A DNA stretch of 64,000 nucleotides from Candidatus Heimdallarchaeota archaeon (GTDB lineage Archaea > Asgardarchaeota > Heimdallarchaeia > Hodarchaeales > Hodarchaeaceae), in the NCBI GenBank assembly GCA_020353515.1, contig CP070695.1, positions 3,001,231 through 3,065,230 on the forward strand, in the 5' to 3' direction. Every line of letters starts with the position of its first letter. Position 1 is the stretch's first letter. The translations under genes were made by a program, and so were the position numbers. This document shows, one piece after another, positions 29,181 through 40,511 of the stretch. The notes beneath the pieces were generated by a model that did no database searches, was not told the DNA's origin, and saw nothing but the letters and a program-made list of their open reading frames with translations.

Positions 29181-30008
29181 TTAGTTAAAATTCGATCCAC
29201 GACCGTTAAGAGAACTCTGAGCTGAAATATGCTTGATTGCCCAGATAATGATCACAACAGCAATCAAAATGGCTCCTGTAGAAAAGATTAAATTAACAGA
29301 TTCCTCGAACGTAAGAGCAGCTCCCATAGTTAGGATGCCAAAGGCAATCGCAACGAAAAATAAAGGGTCACGTGAGGAATGACGTGAAAAATAATAAGTT
29401 AGAGACAAAGCAACTGAAATGAATCCAATAGGTAAGATAAGTTCTACTGCATCATGGAAAGTTAGAGCAAATCCAAAAGCTACAATTGCGAAAGCAATCG
29501 CAACGAAAAATGACGGATCACGATGGGATTGTTGCGCAAAATAATATGTGAGAGTCAATCCAACAACCATAAAACCAAATGGTAGAATGATAGAAACAGC
29601 ATCGTCAATCATTAATGAAAAACCGATTGTTAGAACACCAAAAATAATGGCAACAAAAAAAGAAACATCACGTTCAGATTGCCGAGAAGCAAGAAATGCA
29701 CATGAGATACCGATGACTATGAATGTTATTGGTAGAATTATATCAAAGGAGTCGGGGATAATTAGGGAAATTGAAAAGGCTATTATCAAAACACCAACAG
29801 CCAATACAATGTAATAAGATACTTGGGTCTGTTGTTGAGGAGTTAACTTACGGAAGGGAAGATCACGTGATATCTGTTCACGAGCTTGTTTTTTCAACAT
29901 TTCAATCTTAGTAACATCAGTAGGGGAGTCGGTCAGTTTACTACCACATACTGGACAGAAGATAGAACCATCCTCATTAGCAGAGCCACAATTCTCACAG
30001 AAACTCAT
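29181..30008 (-). CDS. Zinc-ribbon membrane protein with internal 50-aa TM-hairpin repeats
   Basis: FCENCG..FCPVCG; three full copies of ILP.....SxRDxxFFVAIxF at exactly 150-bp spacing (29344, 29494, 29644). Confidence 0.8.
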   Translation of the reverse strand: MSFCENCGSANEDGSIFCPVCGSKLTDSPTDVTKIEMLKKQAREQISRDLPFRKLTPQQQTQVSYYIVLAVGVLIIAFSISLIIPDSFDIILPITFIVIGISCAFLASRQSERDVSFFVAIIFGVLTIGFSLMIDDAVSIILPFGFMVVGLTLTYYFAQQSHRDPSFFVAIAFAIVAFGFALTFHDAVELILPIGFISVALSLTYYFSRHSSRDPLFFVAIAFGILTMGAALTFEESVNLIFSTGAILIAVVIIIWAIKHISAQSSLNGRGSNFN

Positions 30009-30394
30009 TGTTAAGACACCATACCAATTATCTTATAATAAGCACTTCACCAATAGGCAATCATCATCAATAATATAAAAAAACTAATTTTGAGGCAACA
30101 ATATACACCTCTTAATAGGCTAATATGTTAATTGGCAAGTTAACCTGTAAGAATATATCAGATAATTATACATTGATAACGAAATTCAGTCGAAAGAATT
30201 AGCCATGACCTACTGATAATATTAACTAGCTTTTATACGTCAAATATCAATATGCTCTATAAAATTCTACAATTTAATTTTTATCATTTTGGTAACAAGT
30301 TCTCCCTTGATTATTCTCCACCGATGATGCTTCATTTGAGTTAAAGTATTAATATGTTGTATCACATCTTTCTTTAATCATCATCTGCTTCTTA

Positions 30395-31741
30395 TTGGTG
30401 AATATTTTGGAAGGAGAATCAGAAGAGTTTAGAATAAAAAGTATAAGCCCACGAAACTGGTTCATTATCTTCATCTTGGGCATTTCAGGACAAATTGCTT
30501 GGGCAGTAGAGAATTCCTGGTTCAACACATTTGTGTTTGATGAGTTAACTCCCAATCCTCAACCTGTTGCATGGATGGTTGCGGTAAGTGCCATTACTGC
30601 TACTGTGACAACTTATATCATAGGTTCTCTTTCAGATAGAACCAAATCTAGGTGGGGACGTCGTAAACCCTTTTTAGTAGCGGGTTATTTCTTTTGGGGG
30701 ATAACTACAGCTCTATTTCCTACCGTCTCGTGGATTGATGATGTTGGTATTGCAGTTGTTATGGTGATAATTGCTGATGCAATTATGACTTTTTTTGGTT
30801 CTACTGCTAATGATGCAGCTTATAATGCCTGGGTAACAGATATAACTGATCCAACCAACAGGGGACGTTTACAAGGTATAATTTCAACGACTACATTGTT
30901 AGCTAATCTTATTGCTCTTGGAGCTGCTGGGTTTGTTATTGATGCTTTTGGGTATTTTGTCTTTTTCTATGTGCTTGGAGGCATAGTTACCTTAACAGGA
31001 ATTATTACTGCTATTGTGTTGAAAGAATCTGTTTCTACAACCGAAAATCGGGCTACAAGAAAACCTATTCTTCAAGATTTAATTGATACCTTGAAACCTT
31101 CGACAGTAAAAGAAAACAAATTATTGTACTTATTATTCGGTTATATGGCTTTAACGGGAATAGCATCAAATATTTCCTTCCCGTATCAATTTATCTATTT
31201 CGAACATCACTTGGGCTTCACAAAATCCGAAATTAGTATAATAGGAGCCGCGATTATTATGATTGCTGTTATAGTTTCAATTTTCTATGGTTTTATAAGT
31301 CATAAATTCAATAGAAAAGTTGTACTGTTTATACTACCCATTCTAGGACTAATTCCAGGCATTGGATTTATGTTAGTCCAAACAGCAGATATTTTTCTTA
31401 TTATTCTGGTCGCAGGATCAAGTATAAGTCTGGGGATGATTTCAGGAATAACTCTTGGCGCGTGGATACAAGACAACTATCCATCAGGGAATATAGGTAG
31501 ATTTCAAGGTGTACGTATGATTTTCTTTGTCCTTATCCCTATGGTGATAGGCCCCCCAATCGGTGCGTTTGTTATCGAAACGTTCGGAGTACCAACCATT
31601 TTGAATGGCGAACCTGGGTTTATCCCTCCACCAGAAATCTTTCTTGCTAGTACTCTTTTTTCTCTGATTGCAATTGTTATTCTTTTCTTTATAACCATGG
31701 AGCAAGGTTTAGAACATCTAAAAAGAGGGAAGGAGGCCTAA
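30395..31741 (+). CDS. MFS/GPH-type sugar transporter
   Basis: AWAVENSWFN, GSLSDRTKSRWGRRKPF, DAAYNAWVTD; 2 bp from the GH2 gene. Confidence 0.88.
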   Translation: MVNILEGESEEFRIKSISPRNWFIIFILGISGQIAWAVENSWFNTFVFDELTPNPQPVAWMVAVSAITATVTTYIIGSLSDRTKSRWGRRKPFLVAGYFFWGITTALFPTVSWIDDVGIAVVMVIIADAIMTFFGSTANDAAYNAWVTDITDPTNRGRLQGIISTTTLLANLIALGAAGFVIDAFGYFVFFYVLGGIVTLTGIITAIVLKESVSTTENRATRKPILQDLIDTLKPSTVKENKLLYLLFGYMALTGIASNISFPYQFIYFEHHLGFTKSEISIIGAAIIMIAVIVSIFYGFISHKFNRKVVLFILPILGLIPGIGFMLVQTADIFLIILVAGSSISLGMISGITLGAWIQDNYPSGNIGRFQGVRMIFFVLIPMVIGPPIGAFVIETFGVPTILNGEPGFIPPPEIFLASTLFSLIAIVILFFITMEQGLEHLKRGKEA

Positions 31742-31743
31742 AA

Positions 31744-33504
31744 ATGAGTTCCCAGGACTGGCATCCTGTTCCAGGGCAATTAATAACTCGTTGGGTAAAA
31801 GATCTTGATCCTTTAAACCCGTTACCAGATTATCCTCGACCACAACTATGTCGAGAAGAGTGGTTGAATCTTAATGGATTTTGGGATTATGCTGTTCGTC
31901 CAAAAAAACATACTGAAATTAATTCGTACGATGGAAAAATACTAGTACCCTTTCCTCTTGAATCCGCTCTATCTGGGGTAAAGAAGAAATTATCTCATAA
32001 ACAACGCTTATTCTACAGAAGATTTTTCTCTATACCCAAAACCTGGAAATCAAATAGAATTCTTTTACATTTTGGAGCGGTTGATTGGGAAACAAGAGTT
32101 AAACTCAATGGAAAGGAGGTGGGGTCACATAAAGGGGGTTTTATTCCTTTCTCCTTTGATATTTCAGAATTTATTAACTATGAAGAGGAAAATGAATTAG
32201 AAGTTATTGTATGGGATCCAACAAACAAAGGCCGACAAGAACGAGGAAAACAATCATTAAGACCATCTCATGCTTTTTATACCGCTGTTTCAGGTATTTG
32301 GCAAACAGTATGGTTGGAACCTGTCCCAATAGCATATATCAAATCAATTAAAGTCACATCAGACATTGATAATCAATTGGTCAAGCTAAAAGTCCATGTT
32401 GAAAATATGCAACCTGGACAAAAAGTGACTATTGAGGTATTAGATGATAAGAAAAGAATTTTATCAACGGAAGGAAAAACTGAATTCATCTTAAACATCC
32501 CCAGACCAAAACTGTGGAATCCAAAGTCACCATTTCTCTATGATCTTAAGCTCATGCTCTCAGATAAAACTGGATCTCTAGACATTGTAGATAGCTATTT
32601 TGGTATGAGAAAGATCGAATTAAAATCCGATGAAGAGGGAATTCCTCGTATTTTGTTGAATAATCAACAAATTTTTCAATTTGGTCCACTAGATCAGGGA
32701 TATTGGCCAGATGGATTGTACACTGCACCAACAGATGAAGCATTACGGTACGATATAGAGGTAACAAAGGATCTTGGTTTTAACATGACTCGGAAGCATG
32801 TTAAAGTGGAACCCGCTCGCTGGTATCATTGGTGTGATAAAATGGGATTATTGGTATGGCAAGATATGCCTAATGGTGGGATCTTCAGTTTATTGACCTT
32901 TAAGCTTATGTCCAGAGGACGAAGAAGTAGAGAAGTAAGACATCAGTTTCGAAGGGAATTGACTGAAATGATTGATTACTTGTATAATTTCCCCTCTATT
33001 GTAGTTTGGGTACCTTTCAACGAAGGTTGGGGTCAGTTTGAGACCGAAGAAATTGTTGATCAAATAAGAAAACAAGACCAAACTCGATTGATTGATGCTG
33101 CCAGTGGTTGGTTTGATAAAAATGTAGGGGACATCAAAGACATACATAAATACCCAGGACCAGCATTAGAAACTGATTCTGCGCGTGTAGCTGTACTAGG
33201 TGAATTTGGAGGGCTTGGAATGAAAATAAATGGGCATTTTTGGACAGGAAAGAGGATATATTGGTCATATAGCAGATCAAAGACTATTGAAGAATTAGAA
33301 ACAAAATATAAGGAATTAATTATAAAATTAAAGCCATTAATTACCCAAGGATTGACTGCTGCTATCTATACCCAGCTAACTGATATTGAAGGAGAAATTA
33401 ATGGGTATTACACTTATGATCGTGAGGTTCTTAAGATGGAAAAACAATTCCTCGGTAAATTACACAATGAGTTGTTCTCAGATTACATTTCCACAAGTGA
33501 ATGA
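31744..33504 (+). CDS. Glycoside hydrolase family 2
   Basis: YPRPQ, WLNLNGFW, LLHFGAVD, SGIWQTVWLE, LDQGYWPDGLYT, FNEGWG, GEFGG, YTQLTDIEGEING. Confidence 0.92.
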   Translation: MSSQDWHPVPGQLITRWVKDLDPLNPLPDYPRPQLCREEWLNLNGFWDYAVRPKKHTEINSYDGKILVPFPLESALSGVKKKLSHKQRLFYRRFFSIPKTWKSNRILLHFGAVDWETRVKLNGKEVGSHKGGFIPFSFDISEFINYEEENELEVIVWDPTNKGRQERGKQSLRPSHAFYTAVSGIWQTVWLEPVPIAYIKSIKVTSDIDNQLVKLKVHVENMQPGQKVTIEVLDDKKRILSTEGKTEFILNIPRPKLWNPKSPFLYDLKLMLSDKTGSLDIVDSYFGMRKIELKSDEEGIPRILLNNQQIFQFGPLDQGYWPDGLYTAPTDEALRYDIEVTKDLGFNMTRKHVKVEPARWYHWCDKMGLLVWQDMPNGGIFSLLTFKLMSRGRRSREVRHQFRRELTEMIDYLYNFPSIVVWVPFNEGWGQFETEEIVDQIRKQDQTRLIDAASGWFDKNVGDIKDIHKYPGPALETDSARVAVLGEFGGLGMKINGHFWTGKRIYWSYSRSKTIEELETKYKELIIKLKPLITQGLTAAIYTQLTDIEGEINGYYTYDREVLKMEKQFLGKLHNELFSDYISTSE

Positions 33505-33674
33505 ACAAATAACTGACCTATTAATCTAAATATGTTATCTTCTCCGAGACAGAGATTCCACGACGTCGAGCGAGTAAAACATTTAACAAATTAAATTAAA
33601 TGCTAGTTAATCTAATTAAATGAGAAGTGACCCAAAGGGAAAAAGTGTCAAGTGGAAAAAAAAGTGGAGAGAAA

Positions 33675-35036
33675 TTATGGTCCTGTTGTTGCTGGTATCG
33701 TTACTTGAATCCCCATTGATTCAAGCTTTTCTTTAGCTGCATTCATATAGAAAAACATCCCGATCGTAATCATAATCGCTGAAGTGACACCCACAATAAA
33801 AGCTGCGGTAATCCCTGCTGGTAAACCATAACTCTCTATAAGAACCCCTGCTATCGGTAAAAGAAAAATTCCGAGAATTGAAATAATCGTGGGTATTAAA
33901 GAATATACAGCATTTCGATGTTCCGAAGGTACTAAGTCTACCATGACTCGTTGACGAAGAGTTGCTCCTAAATCGAATAAGGTAGGAATTGTGGCATTTA
34001 GAATTATGAGAGAGATAACACACCCAATCAAATTTAGTTCATTTGTAATTGGCATTATAGAAGTCAATATAATAAATAAAGGATAGAAAAGTAAGACAAA
34101 TAAGAAGGTAACATGGGGGACCTTATCAGTTGTAAAACGCTGACTTAATTTCGCTGTATATAATGATATTGGGACTCCTACAAAAAATACAATTGTACGA
34201 AGAGTCGAGGCAAGTCCATCCGAACCAGAGTAGCCAAAATATATTGGAAATAGAATAAGATTCCCCCAGATAGCAAATGATGCAAAGAGAAGAGCTGATC
34301 CGAGAATGAAGAAAAATGCTGCTTTACTGCTTAAAAGGAATTTTACTCCTCCTGCGAGATGTTTAAAATAATTATTAGAAGAATGATCCATATTTATTTT
34401 ATTTTCGGAACTTTCATCAACTTTCTCATCAGTAACAACAATATAAACAAGAATGATGATGATGATGAGAGAAACAGCTTGCAAACCAAACACAAATTGA
34501 CGTGACATAAGTGTAGCTAAGATTCCACCAACCATGAATGAAAATGCTGATGCTACCCTAGTTGTTGTTATTACACGAGCACGACTAAACCCATAAATTT
34601 TCCTCTCAGGATCAGAGTCACCTACGACTTTCTGATAATTATTATCCAACCAAGTGGCAATTGCTCCTGAATTTTGTGCATTACCAAACCCATTAAAGAA
34701 CGCGATGATCATAAAGGCAGAAAATGTTTCAGCTGAAGTCGTCAAGAAAAAGGCTGTTCCATAACTTACGTAAGCTATTATGAGAACCCATCGTTGCCCA
34801 ATCCAATCACCTAGAGAGCCAGATGGATAATCAAAAATTAATTGAACGAAGAAAGAGAAAGAAAGAGTAACACTAGTCAGTGCAAAACCGATCCTATCTA
34901 GCGAATACAACACAAAAAATGTATTTGATAGAAGTAAAAGAAACGAACTAAATGATTGAAAGAGGAGAAATGACCTAATATAGTATTGGGCCCGTGTAGG
35001 TAATTGTTTAATCCCCAAATAGTTACTTATAACCAA
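33675..35036 (-). CDS. MFS transporter
   Basis: DYPSGSLGDWIGQRW; SGAIATWLDNNY; paralog of 25654-27006. Confidence 0.88.
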   Translation of the reverse strand: MVISNYLGIKQLPTRAQYYIRSFLLFQSFSSFLLLLSNTFFVLYSLDRIGFALTSVTLSFSFFVQLIFDYPSGSLGDWIGQRWVLIIAYVSYGTAFFLTTSAETFSAFMIIAFFNGFGNAQNSGAIATWLDNNYQKVVGDSDPERKIYGFSRARVITTTRVASAFSFMVGGILATLMSRQFVFGLQAVSLIIIIILVYIVVTDEKVDESSENKINMDHSSNNYFKHLAGGVKFLLSSKAAFFFILGSALLFASFAIWGNLILFPIYFGYSGSDGLASTLRTIVFFVGVPISLYTAKLSQRFTTDKVPHVTFLFVLLFYPLFIILTSIMPITNELNLIGCVISLIILNATIPTLFDLGATLRQRVMVDLVPSEHRNAVYSLIPTIISILGIFLLPIAGVLIESYGLPAGITAAFIVGVTSAIMITIGMFFYMNAAKEKLESMGIQVTIPATTGP

Positions 35037-35094
35037 AATTAAACACCCTATCTATTTTATTGAAGTAAAGTCCTTTTTTCTTATTTTTGAACCA

Positions 35095-35304
35095 AATTAA
35101 TCCATTCAATTTGTCTTTGAATTAATCCATTCAGCAGAGATTTGAATGGGTACGATTTTTAAATATTCTCTTTAAGGTAAAAAAAAATCTTATAAATAGA
35201 AAAAAAAAAGAGATTCAATTGGATAATATAAGTTTAAAACTTATCTGTTGGATAATACGTGACATTAAACCGATATATACCTATTCTATTATATATTGAA
35301 TGGA
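35095..35304. promoter_or_regulatory. Repeated (T)CCATTCA boxes in a divergent promoter
   Basis: AATTAATCCATTCA at 35095-35108 and 35120-35133; inverted TGAATGG at 35143-35149 and TTGAATGGA at 35296-35304. Confidence 0.5.
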
Positions 35305-35347
35305 CATTTAAATAAAGAAGACAAAAATAAAGAATAAGAAATCAGTA

Positions 35348-36094
35348 ATGTGGATTCATATGCCAGCTCAAGAACAAGGATCGGCGCCTGTAGTACGATT
35401 TGATTCTACTAGTTCCTGTCCTGAACTCTATTCATTTATTCAAGATATTGATAAAGTTAAAATCTTAGAATTACAAAGAGGATTTAATAAACCTCCTATA
35501 CGTCCAGCTATTATGAAAGTTTTACGTGAAGGCATAGAAGATGAGAGTACGAAACAAAAACGATATGCTCTCAATGCTCGTGAAATTAAACAGGAATTAG
35601 ATAAAAACGAAGGTCTAATAAAAAGCTTAGGAAAGAAAAAGCAAAAAGCTCTATCTGAAATCAGTTACACAAATCTCTATTTTCATTTAAATAAACTTCT
35701 CGAGGTGGGAGCAATTCATACAGTCGTTATAGCAATTGAAAGAAGTCATAGAATTGCCTACTACGGCCGAACCGCTCAGGTAATTTTGATACGTGAGCTA
35801 GAAACGATACTTCCTAAATATGAAGAGATTTTTGACGAATTTAGCAAGTTTGTTAAGATCTTAAAACCGAATTTTAATGTAGAAGAGATTAAAATAATCC
35901 CAGAGCAATATTACAAGCTGAAAAACGAGCGAGAATTGATTATCGCTCATTGGGTTGCGGATCATGCTCATATCATTAGAGAAGCGAACATTGATTTTAC
36001 CAACATCTTTAGTGCCTTAAAAATCATCGATACAATAAATCCCCAATATGAAACTCTTTTGAAAAAATTAGCTGATTTTTTACCAAAATCTTAG
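35348..36094 (+). CDS. Winged-helix (ArsR-like) regulator
   Basis: RPAIMKVL..LNAREI..TNLYFHLNKLLEVG..YYGRTA. Confidence 0.7.
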   Translation: MWIHMPAQEQGSAPVVRFDSTSSCPELYSFIQDIDKVKILELQRGFNKPPIRPAIMKVLREGIEDESTKQKRYALNAREIKQELDKNEGLIKSLGKKKQKALSEISYTNLYFHLNKLLEVGAIHTVVIAIERSHRIAYYGRTAQVILIRELETILPKYEEIFDEFSKFVKILKPNFNVEEIKIIPEQYYKLKNERELIIAHWVADHAHIIREANIDFTNIFSALKIIDTINPQYETLLKKLADFLPKS

Positions 36095-36813
36095 ATTGAG
36101 ATTTTGATAAGCTTAAATCTCTCTGGGACAATCACTTCAATATCAGGTAGTACTTTTTCCACAAGGACTCTGAATTTTTTCATTTCTTGTTTTTGGCCAT
36201 GAATAGGAACAGCTATTTTTGGTTGCAAATCCATGACCATCGCAAGGGCTACTGCAGGAGAACAGGTCCTAGCAGTACCAATTGGTACAAATGCTATATC
36301 AGCTGACACGTCGGGATGTCGCCAATAACCCGAATCACCACCGTGAAAGACCTTTAATCTTCCTAAATTCACTAAATATTGACTTATTGGACCAACATGA
36401 ACTCCTCTTAGAGCTGACACCTCAAAATCATTTATCCTGTAAGTCTTAAAGGAAGAACCCGCATCACCAACTGTAAGTAAATTCGTAGGAACACTTGTGC
36501 TGAGTTCTTCGGAGGAGATTATGTCTGCTACTATGTGGGTTCCCGTCTCTGCGAATAACTGCAGAGCTTTTTCTTTGTTATAATGATCCCAATGATTATG
36601 AGTGAACGAGAGGAGATCTAGATGCTCAATTGCCGATATCTCAGATAGATCTAGACCCTTCCCAGGGTCGAACGCCATAGTGAAAGTTTTCAATCTTAGA
36701 ATAATTCCGCTATACCCTAGAAAAATGAATGCAGCATCATTATTATTTAATTCTAGGGAATACAGTGATTTTATTGCCTCTATTCGGTTTTGAGTCAATG
36801 AAATGATCTCCAC
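36091..36813 (-). CDS. MBL-fold metallo-hydrolase
   Basis: LGYSG, FDP, THNHWDH, FHGGDS, VPIH. Confidence 0.88.
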   Translation of the reverse strand: MEIISLTQNRIEAIKSLYSLELNNNDAAFIFLGYSGIILRLKTFTMAFDPGKGLDLSEISAIEHLDLLSFTHNHWDHYNKEKALQLFAETGTHIVADIISSEELSTSVPTNLLTVGDAGSSFKTYRINDFEVSALRGVHVGPISQYLVNLGRLKVFHGGDSGYWRHPDVSADIAFVPIGTARTCSPAVALAMVMDLQPKIAVPIHGQKQEMKKFRVLVEKVLPDIEVIVPERFKLIKISI

Positions 36814-36982
36814 TTTCGCTGATAATTGATTCTAGTTTGATTAATTATATTTATGTGATTTAAATTGCCCTTCATTTAATGAAACCACTAAACAAGGTTA
36901 AATTTCACTCATTATTGTTGCCTTATTCATTAGCTATATAAAATGCAGTAATTTGCTCTTCTTCAAAAGTAATGGTTCCTAG

Positions 36983-37927
36983 GTGATTGATTTGATTATT
37001 AATCTTACAGAAGACAAAATTAACGATGTGAAAAATTTATTAGATGAATATACGTCCTTTTTGGAACAAGAATACAAACTTAAAAAATCCGATGCCCTTA
37101 ATCTGATTATGAATAACATTAAAGATGAAAATAATACTTATTATGTTTATATAGATGATTCCACACCATTAGGTCTAGTCGGAGGAAGGAAAGAACAGAG
37201 CTTAGAAACTGAGGCGTACATAACGAGAATTTTTGTTTCAGAAAAAACTACAGATGGAAGCATTGAAATAAAGCTTTTTGAGAAAGTTTTTAGAGAATTA
37301 TCAAGTAAGTATAATACAATTCGAATTATGGGGTATCAACCTTCTACAAACCTGAAGAAAATTCTGAATGATTACAGCTTTCAACCTTTTGATAGATATT
37401 TCATGAGTATTTCGCGAGAAACTGTTGAGAATTTACCTGAGCCTGGTTTACCAGATGAATACTGCTTTGATACTTGGAATGAGGAATTAAAGGATGTAGG
37501 AATCGAAATAATGACTGAGGCTCACATTGGATCTGTAGATAATATCATTTTCAGTTTTTTCAGAAATCATACTACAGGAATGGCATTCATGCAGAATCTA
37601 GAAAACCATCGATGGGGAAAATTCAAACCTATTAATACTAGTATCCTTAAACATGAAGATACACCCATAGGAGTTTGTTTTATGACAGTGTTAAACCAAG
37701 GAAACGGATATATCCCAGATTTCGTTTTAAAAACGGATTATAAAGGTAGGGGATTAGGAAAAAAGTTGTTCATTAAAAGTCTTAAGTGGTTTTTAGAGAA
37801 AGAACCGAACAGTGAGGCCATTGATTTAGATGTTACAAAGAAAAATACAATTGCTTTTAATATCTACAAAACAATCGGTTTTTCCGTTCAAAGAACATAC
37901 TCCGTTTATACTTGGAATAAAGATTAA
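36983..37927 (+). CDS. GNAT acetyltransferase (two-domain)
   Basis: YKGRGLGKKL, LDVTKKNTIAFNIYKTIGF. Confidence 0.85.
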   Translation: MIDLIINLTEDKINDVKNLLDEYTSFLEQEYKLKKSDALNLIMNNIKDENNTYYVYIDDSTPLGLVGGRKEQSLETEAYITRIFVSEKTTDGSIEIKLFEKVFRELSSKYNTIRIMGYQPSTNLKKILNDYSFQPFDRYFMSISRETVENLPEPGLPDEYCFDTWNEELKDVGIEIMTEAHIGSVDNIIFSFFRNHTTGMAFMQNLENHRWGKFKPINTSILKHEDTPIGVCFMTVLNQGNGYIPDFVLKTDYKGRGLGKKLFIKSLKWFLEKEPNSEAIDLDVTKKNTIAFNIYKTIGFSVQRTYSVYTWNKD

Positions 37928-38218
37928 CATTCCTAATATCATATAATCTATATTTCATTAAAGTAAATGCTTGCATTATTGAAAATAATTTATTTAATCT
38001 ATTATATTCACTATTATATTAGATATACTGTCTATATTAGAAGAAGATAGAACTAGATGAATTCCCATGTATAATGGCGGGGAATAACAAAAACTAGAAT
38101 ACTTTTGGAAGCTAATTTGGGCGTCAAAATTGCATTAACTGTTATCCATATATAAAGTTTGAATTCATCTTAGGAGAACGATTAATTAACTCATTCAATT
38201 GAAAAAATTTCGAGATAG

Positions 38219-39379
38219 GTGCTTTTGATGAATTTACCTAAAAGAATTTTACTTCGTTTTAAACTTAGCATTATAATAGCCTTAGCTTTCCTTTTCATCC
38301 TAAATCTTTTTCTTTATAAGTCAGTAGCCTCTCAAAATCCTCCAACAATAGCCCTAAAAGAACTTGGTCAAATTGACACGGGAGGTGATGCATTTGACAT
38401 CCAAGTTGTTGATACTCTTGCTTATGTTATTGATATGCGGTATGATGGTCTGAAGATCATTAACGTGTCTGATCCCTCAAACCCCACTCTGATTGGTCAA
38501 TTTAGAGACGGAGGTGTTCCCCACGAACTCTTCGTTGACGAAGCACGAGATCTTGTTTTGATTGGTGACATGTGGGACGGCTTTGAAATAATTAATGTTA
38601 GCAACCCTCTCCAGCCGACAAAAGCTGGCTCATTTGATGATGGGGGAGAACCTGAATGGTTTGATGCTAATGGAAATATTGCTTATGTTGGTGATTGGCA
38701 GGAAGGTCTAGAAATTCTTAATCTTACTGATCCTTCGAATCCTACAGAGATCAGTCAACTTGATTTGAGGGATATTCTCGCAGTTCAGGTGTATCAAAAC
38801 TATGTATATCTGGGTCTACCCGAATCACTGAAAATAATTAATGTGACTGATCCCAATGCTCCTAACGAGGTTAATGAGGTCGATGTCAATGGTACTATAC
38901 GAGATATGGAAGTTTTTAATGATCTCTGCTTTATGGCTTGTGAAAAGAATGAATTTCAAATCTATAATGTTAGTAATCCTTTAAATCCAGTATTTCTAGC
39001 TCTTATATCCGAAACAGGATTCGGTATGGATCTAGTTGTAAATGGAGATCTTGTTTGGGTTGCTGGTTGGGTGAATGGTTTAGCAGTATTCAATGTATCA
39101 GATCCTACCAATCCTGTAAAGGTTGGAAACTATTATGATGATAGTGGTGCTACCAAAGGGGTTTATGTTAAGGATAACTTGATTTATGTCGCAGATAGCG
39201 ATGACGGCCTTGAAATCTTAGAGATAGATAATGAAAGCTCCCATCTGTCCACTACTGAAAGCTCTCATGATACCAGTGCAGAATCCTCGGAAAGCACTCA
39301 TGTGAGCAATTATAATTTCTTATTTTCTTATGTTAGTCTTTTCATGATTCTTTTCATCAATAAATCCCGAAAATCGTGA
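38219..39379 (+). CDS. Surface LVIVD-repeat beta-propeller protein
   Basis: Repeated AYV..GLxIxNVSDPxNP; signal peptide; Ser/Thr linker, TM and basic tail. Confidence 0.85.
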   Translation: MLLMNLPKRILLRFKLSIIIALAFLFILNLFLYKSVASQNPPTIALKELGQIDTGGDAFDIQVVDTLAYVIDMRYDGLKIINVSDPSNPTLIGQFRDGGVPHELFVDEARDLVLIGDMWDGFEIINVSNPLQPTKAGSFDDGGEPEWFDANGNIAYVGDWQEGLEILNLTDPSNPTEISQLDLRDILAVQVYQNYVYLGLPESLKIINVTDPNAPNEVNEVDVNGTIRDMEVFNDLCFMACEKNEFQIYNVSNPLNPVFLALISETGFGMDLVVNGDLVWVAGWVNGLAVFNVSDPTNPVKVGNYYDDSGATKGVYVKDNLIYVADSDDGLEILEIDNESSHLSTTESSHDTSAESSESTHVSNYNFLFSYVSLFMILFINKSRKS

Positions 39380-39458
39380 AAAGGAGAGAATAGATTTTTT
39401 TCTGCCAAAACACTTTCTGTGTTTATACATTTAAACAAGTAAAGATGAACTTTACCAC

Positions 39459-40415
39459 CTATTTTACTATAGGAAGGATATACTTTGAGAAATTATTCAT
39501 ATACTCAACTTCCTTCTGAAATGGAAACATGAAGATAAAATGAGACACATCTAATTCGAGATATTTTCTTAGCTGTTGAATTATTTCATCTTTTGTGCCA
39601 ATTAATGCTCCTTCAACACGATTTGAGTATTCCTCTACTGATATATTCCTTTTAGCTGCTTCTTCTTGAAAAATTTCTTGTTTTTCTTTGTGATCCTTAT
39701 ACAATCTTACCCAGAACCCTATAGATCTAGCTATTTCTTTTGGGTCTCTGTTGTGCTTGATAGCTTGTTCATCAAGATAATTAAATATCGTTTTGCAACG
39801 TGATGGGGAGAAAACCCAAGCTAAATTAAATCCATCACCATATTTAGCTGCGGTTCTAGTCATTTTCTTTCCTCCCTTGTTTGATCCAATCCAGATAGGG
39901 AGTCGGGGTTTAGTTAGCGGTTTAGGGAAACAAAGGGCGTCTTTCAAAATATAGTGCTTTCCAAAGTAAGAAACCTTCTCCTTCTCTTTCCACATCGCTC
40001 GTAAAACTTCAATTCCTTCAATCATTTGTTCAATACGAGTGCTTAAGGGAGGGTAGTCAATACCATAAGCCTGATATTCCATCTCCTTCCAGCCAGCACC
40101 ATAACCACAGATATATCGTCCATTTGATAAATGATCGAGAGTGGTTATCATTTTAGCTAGAATACTTGGAGTACGATAAGAATTACAGAGGACTAAAGAT
40201 CCGACTTTTAAAGTAGTGTACTTGGTTAGAAGATAGGTCATTAATGTCCAAGCATCAAATGCAGGAACCTCAGTGCTTTTCTCGTTAAGAAACATGTGAT
40301 CGGATACCCAAAGCGTGTCAAAACTAGTATTTTCACACATTACTGCAATTTGATCAATTGTTTCTTTAGTAAATCCGAATTGTGGCTCTATCTGGACTCC
40401 AAATGATAATTTCAT
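39459..40415 (-). CDS. LLM-class (luciferase-like), probably F420-dependent oxidoreductase
   Basis: WVSDH, LVLCNSYRTPSILAKMITTLDHLSNGR, GAGW..EYQAYG, PIWIG. Confidence 0.9.
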   Translation of the reverse strand: MKLSFGVQIEPQFGFTKETIDQIAVMCENTSFDTLWVSDHMFLNEKSTEVPAFDAWTLMTYLLTKYTTLKVGSLVLCNSYRTPSILAKMITTLDHLSNGRYICGYGAGWKEMEYQAYGIDYPPLSTRIEQMIEGIEVLRAMWKEKEKVSYFGKHYILKDALCFPKPLTKPRLPIWIGSNKGGKKMTRTAAKYGDGFNLAWVFSPSRCKTIFNYLDEQAIKHNRDPKEIARSIGFWVRLYKDHKEKQEIFQEEAAKRNISVEEYSNRVEGALIGTKDEIIQQLRKYLELDVSHFIFMFPFQKEVEYMNNFSKYILPIVK

Positions 40416-40511
40416 GAGTTATCCCGAGGTTAAAAGTGAAGAAAATGAACATTCTAAGGATTTTTGATGCAATATAATAAGATAAACTTATAGATGAAAA
40501 TGAAGTCGAAT

